Positions 59,533-64,000 of a DNA stretch of 64,000 nucleotides are shown here, in pieces (within the stretch, counting starts at the first letter, position 1; every line of letters starts with the position of its first letter). The notes under the pieces were generated by a model. It did not search any database. It had not been told where the DNA came from and worked only from the letters and a program-made list of their open reading frames with translations. The translations under genes were made by a program, and so were the position numbers. The DNA is from Minisyncoccia bacterium. GTDB taxonomy: Bacteria; Patescibacteriota; Minisyncoccia; Phycocordibacterales; CAIZLB01. The stretch is taken from contig JBGSHK010000015.1 of assembly GCA_041752275.1 (NCBI GenBank), forward strand, positions 64,641-128,640, in the 5' to 3' direction.

Positions 59533-61674
59533 TTATTTTCTCGCGTCAACTATTAGTTTTTCTACGTTTGGTGGCACAGCTTCGTATTTAGCGAATTCCA
59601 TAGTGTTTGATCCACGTCCTTCTGTCATAGATCTTAGCTGTGTAGTGTAACCAAACATCTCTGAAAGTGGTACAAGAGCTTTGATAGCTTTGTTCAAACC
59701 ACGGTCTTCCATACCTTCGATCTGACCTCTCTTTGAAGAAAGTGATCCTGTAACGTCACCCATGAACTTTTCAGGAACAACAACTTCTACACGCATGATA
59801 GGTTCCATGATAACTGGACGAGCTCTCTTTGCACCTTCTTGGAACGCTTGTGACGCAGCAATCTTGTAGGCGATCTCGGATGAGTCAACATCATGAGATG
59901 ATCCGAAAGTAAGTTCACATGACACACCTGTAAGTGGGAATCCTGCAACAATACCACGGTCCATAGCTTCTTTTACACCCTTTTGTACAGCAGGGATAAA
60001 TTCGTTTGGAATAATACCTCCTTTGATAGAATCGATAAATTCGTACCCTGGTTCACGGTGAACATTCTTAGGAACTTTAGCTCCAGCTTCCGCTTCAACA
60101 AGTGGTTTAAGAGTGATACGTACGTGACCGAATTGTCCTTTACCTCCTGATTGTTTAGCGTATTTGTATTCTGCCTCTGCTTCACCTGTAATAGTTTCTC
60201 TGTAAGCTACTTGAGGTTGACCTACGTTTGCCTCAACGTTGAACTCTCTTTTCATACGATCAATCATAATCTCAAGATGTAGCTCACCCATACCTGCAAT
60301 AAGAGTTTGCCCTGTCTCTGGGTTTGAAGTAACACGGAAAGTTGGATCTTCATTTCCAAGTTTACGAAGTGCAATACCCATCTTCTCTTGATCTGCTTTT
60401 GTTTTTGGCTCGATAGAAAGTGAAACAACAGGCTCAGCAAATACGATCGGTTCTAGAATAATAGGCTTATCAATATCACAGAATGTATGTGAAGTAAGAG
60501 CTTCTTTCAAACCTACGGCCGCAGCAATCTCACCAGCATATACTTTTGTAATCTCTTCTCTTTTATTTGCTTGAAGTCTAACAATACGTCCAAGTCTTTC
60601 TTTGTTTCCAGTTGTTGAGTTATATATGTATGATCCAGCTTCAATAGTACCTGAATACACACGGAAGAAAGTAAGTTGTCCTACGAATGGGTCAGTTTGC
60701 AACTTGAAAGCTAGAGCTGAGAAAGGGGCTTCGTCTGACGCCTCTCTTTCCATCTCCTCACCTGTCTCTGGGTCTGTTCCTTTTACTGGTGGAATATCGA
60801 GTGGTGAAGGTAAAAACTCTACAACGGCATCAAGGATAAGTTGTACACCTTTGTTTTTCAAAGCAGTACCTGTAAATACTGGGAATAGTTTGTTTGCTAA
60901 TGTTCCTTTTCTGATAGCAAATTTTAATTGTTCGATTGTAAACTCACCACCTTCTAGATATGTGTTCATCATGTCATCATCTTGTGATGCAGCTGCCTCA
61001 ACTAGAGTTGCACGATGTTTTGTAGCTTCTTCTAGATACTCTGCAGGAATCTCAGACTCAATAACCTTACTACCCATCTCACCTTCGAATGTGTAAGCTT
61101 TCATTTTCAAAAGATCAATAACACCTTTCATATTCTCTTCTTCTCCCATTGGGATTTGCATACGAACAGCAAATTTTGTAAGTCTATCTGTGATTGATTT
61201 GAATGATCTTTCAAATGATCCACCAGTTCTATCTAGTTTGTTAATAAAACAAATACGAGGCACGTTGTATTTATCAGCCTGTCTCCAAACAGTTTCTGAT
61301 TGTGGCTCTACTCCGGCTACACCGTCAAACACAGTAACGGCACCATCAAGAACTTTTAGAGATCTTTCCACTTCCACAGTAAAGTCTACGTGACCTGGTG
61401 TGTCGATAATATTAAATCTATGCATTTGTGATTTATCAGTTCCCATGTAAGTAGGATTCCAAAAACAAGTGATAGCAGCGGCAGTAATAGTAATACCTCT
61501 TTCTTTCTCTTGCTCCATCCAGTCAGTTACAGCTTCACCTTCGTGAACCTCACCGATCTTGTGTGACATACCTGTGTAATATAAGATACGTTCTGATGTT
61601 GTTGTTTTACCTGCATCGATGTGAGCGATGATACCGAAGTTTCTTGTTTTTTCTAATGAATAATCACGTGCCAT
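59533..61674 (-). CDS. fusA: elongation factor G
   Basis: [37 protein letters not shown]. Confidence 0.98.
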   Translation of the reverse strand: MARDYSLEKTRNFGIIAHIDAGKTTTSERILYYTGMSHKIGEVHEGEAVTDWMEQEKERGITITAAAITCFWNPTYMGTDKSQMHRFNIIDTPGHVDFTVEVERSLKVLDGAVTVFDGVAGVEPQSETVWRQADKYNVPRICFINKLDRTGGSFERSFKSITDRLTKFAVRMQIPMGEEENMKGVIDLLKMKAYTFEGEMGSKVIESEIPAEYLEEATKHRATLVEAAASQDDDMMNTYLEGGEFTIEQLKFAIRKGTLANKLFPVFTGTALKNKGVQLILDAVVEFLPSPLDIPPVKGTDPETGEEMEREASDEAPFSALAFKLQTDPFVGQLTFFRVYSGTIEAGSYIYNSTTGNKERLGRIVRLQANKREEITKVYAGEIAAAVGLKEALTSHTFCDIDKPIILEPIVFAEPVVSLSIEPKTKADQEKMGIALRKLGNEDPTFRVTSNPETGQTLIAGMGELHLEIMIDRMKREFNVEANVGQPQVAYRETITGEAEAEYKYAKQSGGKGQFGHVRITLKPLVEAEAGAKVPKNVHREPGYEFIDSIKGGIIPNEFIPAVQKGVKEAMDRGIVAGFPLTGVSCELTFGSSHDVDSSEIAYKIAASQAFQEGAKRARPVIMEPIMRVEVVVPEKFMGDVTGSLSSKRGQIEGMEDRGLNKAIKALVPLSEMFGYTTQLRSMTEGRGSNTMEFAKYEAVPPNVEKLIVDARK

Positions 61675-61915
61675 AAATTTTATGTGTTGTTTATATTTGT
61701 TTAATTTTTATATGTCCAGGCATAACGCCTGGGAAAAAGGTTGAGAATCGCGAGTTTGTTATGTTTACGCGAAAATCAAAACTTGTCCATGAACTATAGC
61801 ATGGATTGATGGGGATTTCTAGGGGGTTTTGGTGTCTTTTAGGTATGAAAAAGAACGCCTAGAATCATTGTGGTGTAAATTTCATATGATTTTAATAATG
61901 TGATATAGTTTAATT

Positions 61916-62049
61916 GTTCAACCGTAATTGTGCCTTTTAAGGGCTTATTTACCTTTTCACCGTCATTGTAGGTAGAAACGGGTAGCTAAGTTCTGTAATG
62001 GAGGTGTTTAGGCACACTGTTACGGTTGAACCCTTAGCTACCCTTTTTT
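61916..62049 (+). ncRNA. putative structured leader/ncRNA with crossing helices
   Basis: GTTCAACCGTAA/TTACGGTTGAAC, TGTGCCT/AGGCACA, GGGTAGCTAAG/CTTAGCTACCC then T-tract. Confidence 0.5.
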
Positions 62050-62066
62050 AATTTAAATACAAATAT

Positions 62067-62972
62067 ATGAAAAAAATAATAATTCTAGGTCTCGTATTAA
62101 CATTTATAGCTCCTCAAATTGTTTTGGCGGCTTGGTGGAATCCGTTTACATGGAATATATTTAATAGAAAGAACCAGAAAACTTTAATGTTAGAAAACCA
62201 AGTTAAAGAACTTGAAAACGGACTGAATAATTTAGATAAACCTCAACAGGATTTTTCCACCACAACAAATGAATCTTCTACAAAAACAGAACCCTCAAGA
62301 CCACCCGTGGTTACAAAAATCACAAATAAAACTCCATCAAATCAAATAGTAAATAAAAATACATCTGTTGTGGCACCTGTACAACAATCTATATCCACAG
62401 ACGACCTTTTTAATGCAATCAATATTAAAATTAACAAACTCTTTGATATTAGAGATGGTGTAAAGTTATTAGGAGAAATGAAAGACATTAACAAATCAGA
62501 CATAAACTTAGTTTATAGTAAACAAACAGAAATAACAGGTACCATCTCAAATGGTTCACAAGACAGAGATAATTACAAGAAAGTCATATCTCAATCTTCA
62601 CAATCTGACCATAATAGAAATATAAACCTTTTAAATACACTGATATCTGACCTTGATAAAAAGATAGTGCAGTATACATCTGATTCAGCAAACCTAAAGA
62701 CTAATATACTAAGAAACATTGAAGCAGACAAAATTTCAGCAGTATCGGCTGAAATTGAACTATCTAAGGACAAGCTAGCAAGATTAAAGACTATAAATCT
62801 TGAGATAGCTAATTTAAACGCAAAAAGAGTTAAAGATATAGCATCAATTTCTGGAGTAGCTGGTCAAACAGAATCTCAATATAACATTAGTCTGAATACA
62901 ATAGAAAGACAATATACAAATGAATATAACAGACTTATGGCAGAATTTCAGCAAATTAAATATAGTAATTAA
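62067..62972 (+). CDS. secreted coiled-coil protein
   Basis: Signal peptide followed by AAWWNPFTW. Confidence 0.8.
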   Translation: MKKIIILGLVLTFIAPQIVLAAWWNPFTWNIFNRKNQKTLMLENQVKELENGLNNLDKPQQDFSTTTNESSTKTEPSRPPVVTKITNKTPSNQIVNKNTSVVAPVQQSISTDDLFNAINIKINKLFDIRDGVKLLGEMKDINKSDINLVYSKQTEITGTISNGSQDRDNYKKVISQSSQSDHNRNINLLNTLISDLDKKIVQYTSDSANLKTNILRNIEADKISAVSAEIELSKDKLARLKTINLEIANLNAKRVKDIASISGVAGQTESQYNISLNTIERQYTNEYNRLMAEFQQIKYSN

Positions 62973-62995
62973 AAATATTAACAAACAGATAAAAT

Positions 62996-63370
62996 ATGAA
63001 TTGTAAAAAATGCCAAAAAGAATTACAAGAGGATGATAAGTTTTGTAGTAATTGTGGTTACAAAATAGATAAAGATGATGACATTACTCTCGATTTAGAA
63101 GGAGACGAAGAAGAAAACACAGATGAAATAATTCTAGATTTAGATGATTGTATCGACATCGATCTTAGTGAACTTGATGAAGATAATTATAAAGGAAACA
63201 ATGATGTAACTGATACAGTAGAGCAAAAGAAGAGTTCAGCAAAATCAGAATTTATGAAGTTTATTTTAGGATTATTAGTTTTCATTGGAATAATATGGCT
63301 TATAATAGCATTAGGTCCTTTATGGATTATTGCTATAATATTATTATTAATATTATTAGTAAAAAGATAA
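62996..63370 (+). CDS. zinc-ribbon membrane protein
   Basis: CKKC...FCSNCG, acidic linker, C-terminal TMs. Confidence 0.8.
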   Translation: MNCKKCQKELQEDDKFCSNCGYKIDKDDDITLDLEGDEEENTDEIILDLDDCIDIDLSELDEDNYKGNNDVTDTVEQKKSSAKSEFMKFILGLLVFIGIIWLIIALGPLWIIAIILLLILLVKR

Positions 63371-63487
63371 ACTTAATTTAAAAGGTATATTAAATGAAAT
63401 AATTTCCACTAAACTTTATACACAAAACCAACATTCCCTAAACTTTATAAAGTTTGGAATATTTAAACCCTAAATATAAAGTTATGA

Positions 63488-64000
63488 TTACTCACTAAGA
63501 TTCTTTCTACCCTTAAAATTCCTCTTCGACACCAGCAACTTCCCCGTCTTCTCCTCAATATCTTTTCGTGTCCGTCCAGCAACCTCCCCACCTATTTTAG
63601 CATCATGTTTAAGTGCCACAATACCTTGAGAATCTTTAGTTGTCGAAAGCTCAGTCGTTGTAGCTTCACCAAGCATAGTTAAAATAAGCTCGATGTCACC
63701 CATATGATCACGGAGATTGTCCCCTGCTTTTTTATCAAGGCTTTTATGATCCATATATTCTTTAGAAGTTTTATCAAATGTTGCTTTATATATCTCGTCG
63801 GTCAGTATTGCATAATCAGAACCTTTTGCTCCGCGGTTTTTCCATTCATCAGTTAACGTGTTTCTAACTGCTATACCTCGCATACGTTTATCTATCCAAG
63901 ACTTGTCATAACCTTTCTTCTCATACAACTCTTTAGCTCGAGTCACAGCAAGTTCAGGGTTTGCTATTTCTTCCAATCTTTCTTTACCTATACGAGCTAA
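63488..64000 (-). CDS. BRO/antirepressor-associated protein, C-terminal part (5'-truncated by window edge)
   Basis: EEIANPELA, Y..KGY...WI..R, LTDEW, NLRDHM, GGEVAG..R; frame is open to window end. Confidence 0.75.
   Translation of the reverse strand, partial: LARIGKERLEEIANPELAVTRAKELYEKKGYDKSWIDKRMRGIAVRNTLTDEWKNRGAKGSDYAILTDEIYKATFDKTSKEYMDHKSLDKKAGDNLRDHMGDIELILTMLGEATTTELSTTKDSQGIVALKHDAKIGGEVAGRTRKDIEEKTGKLLVSKRNFKGRKNLSE

Noticed and set aside
1-64000. Stop-codon recoding (code 25 or TAA readthrough)
   Set aside because: Conserved genes translate full length under code 11 and end at the expected stops.

Overview
AT-rich bacterial chromosomal window in the standard genetic code. Gene content points to a Patescibacteria/CPR (Parcubacteria-like) organism: ftsEX, ftsK, recA, rpsF-ssb-rpsR, five aminoacyl-tRNA synthetases, dCMP deaminase-dut-tmk, secE-nusG-rplK with no adjacent rplA, pilMNO-like genes, pyrD, gpmA and fusA-rpsT. 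There are four intact tRNAs (Val-UAC, Arg-UCU, Ser-UGA, Arg-GCG) and one degenerate Leu-type tRNA with a UUA anticodon. Two linked observations stand out. (1) A ~6.5 kb element is integrated at the 3' end of tRNA-Ser. Its large serine recombinase gene is cut by its own att site: integrated, it ends ...TVRRR inside the tRNA; joining the two ends at a shared CCGC core adds an in-frame 30-aa tail from the far end. (2) Four copies of a structured non-coding module have a covarying core and flanks matched to the neighbouring tRNA (antisense acceptor strand, hairpin, antisense T-arm, core, T-arm copy). One copy was displaced from tRNA-Ser by the island, which independently supports the att site. Also seen: pervasive apparently leaderless gene starts, REP-like palindromes, two pseudoknot-capable intergenic segments, an orphan PEP-CTERM protein and a histidine-phosphatase domain inside IleRS. 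All calls come from reading the sequence; no searches were run.
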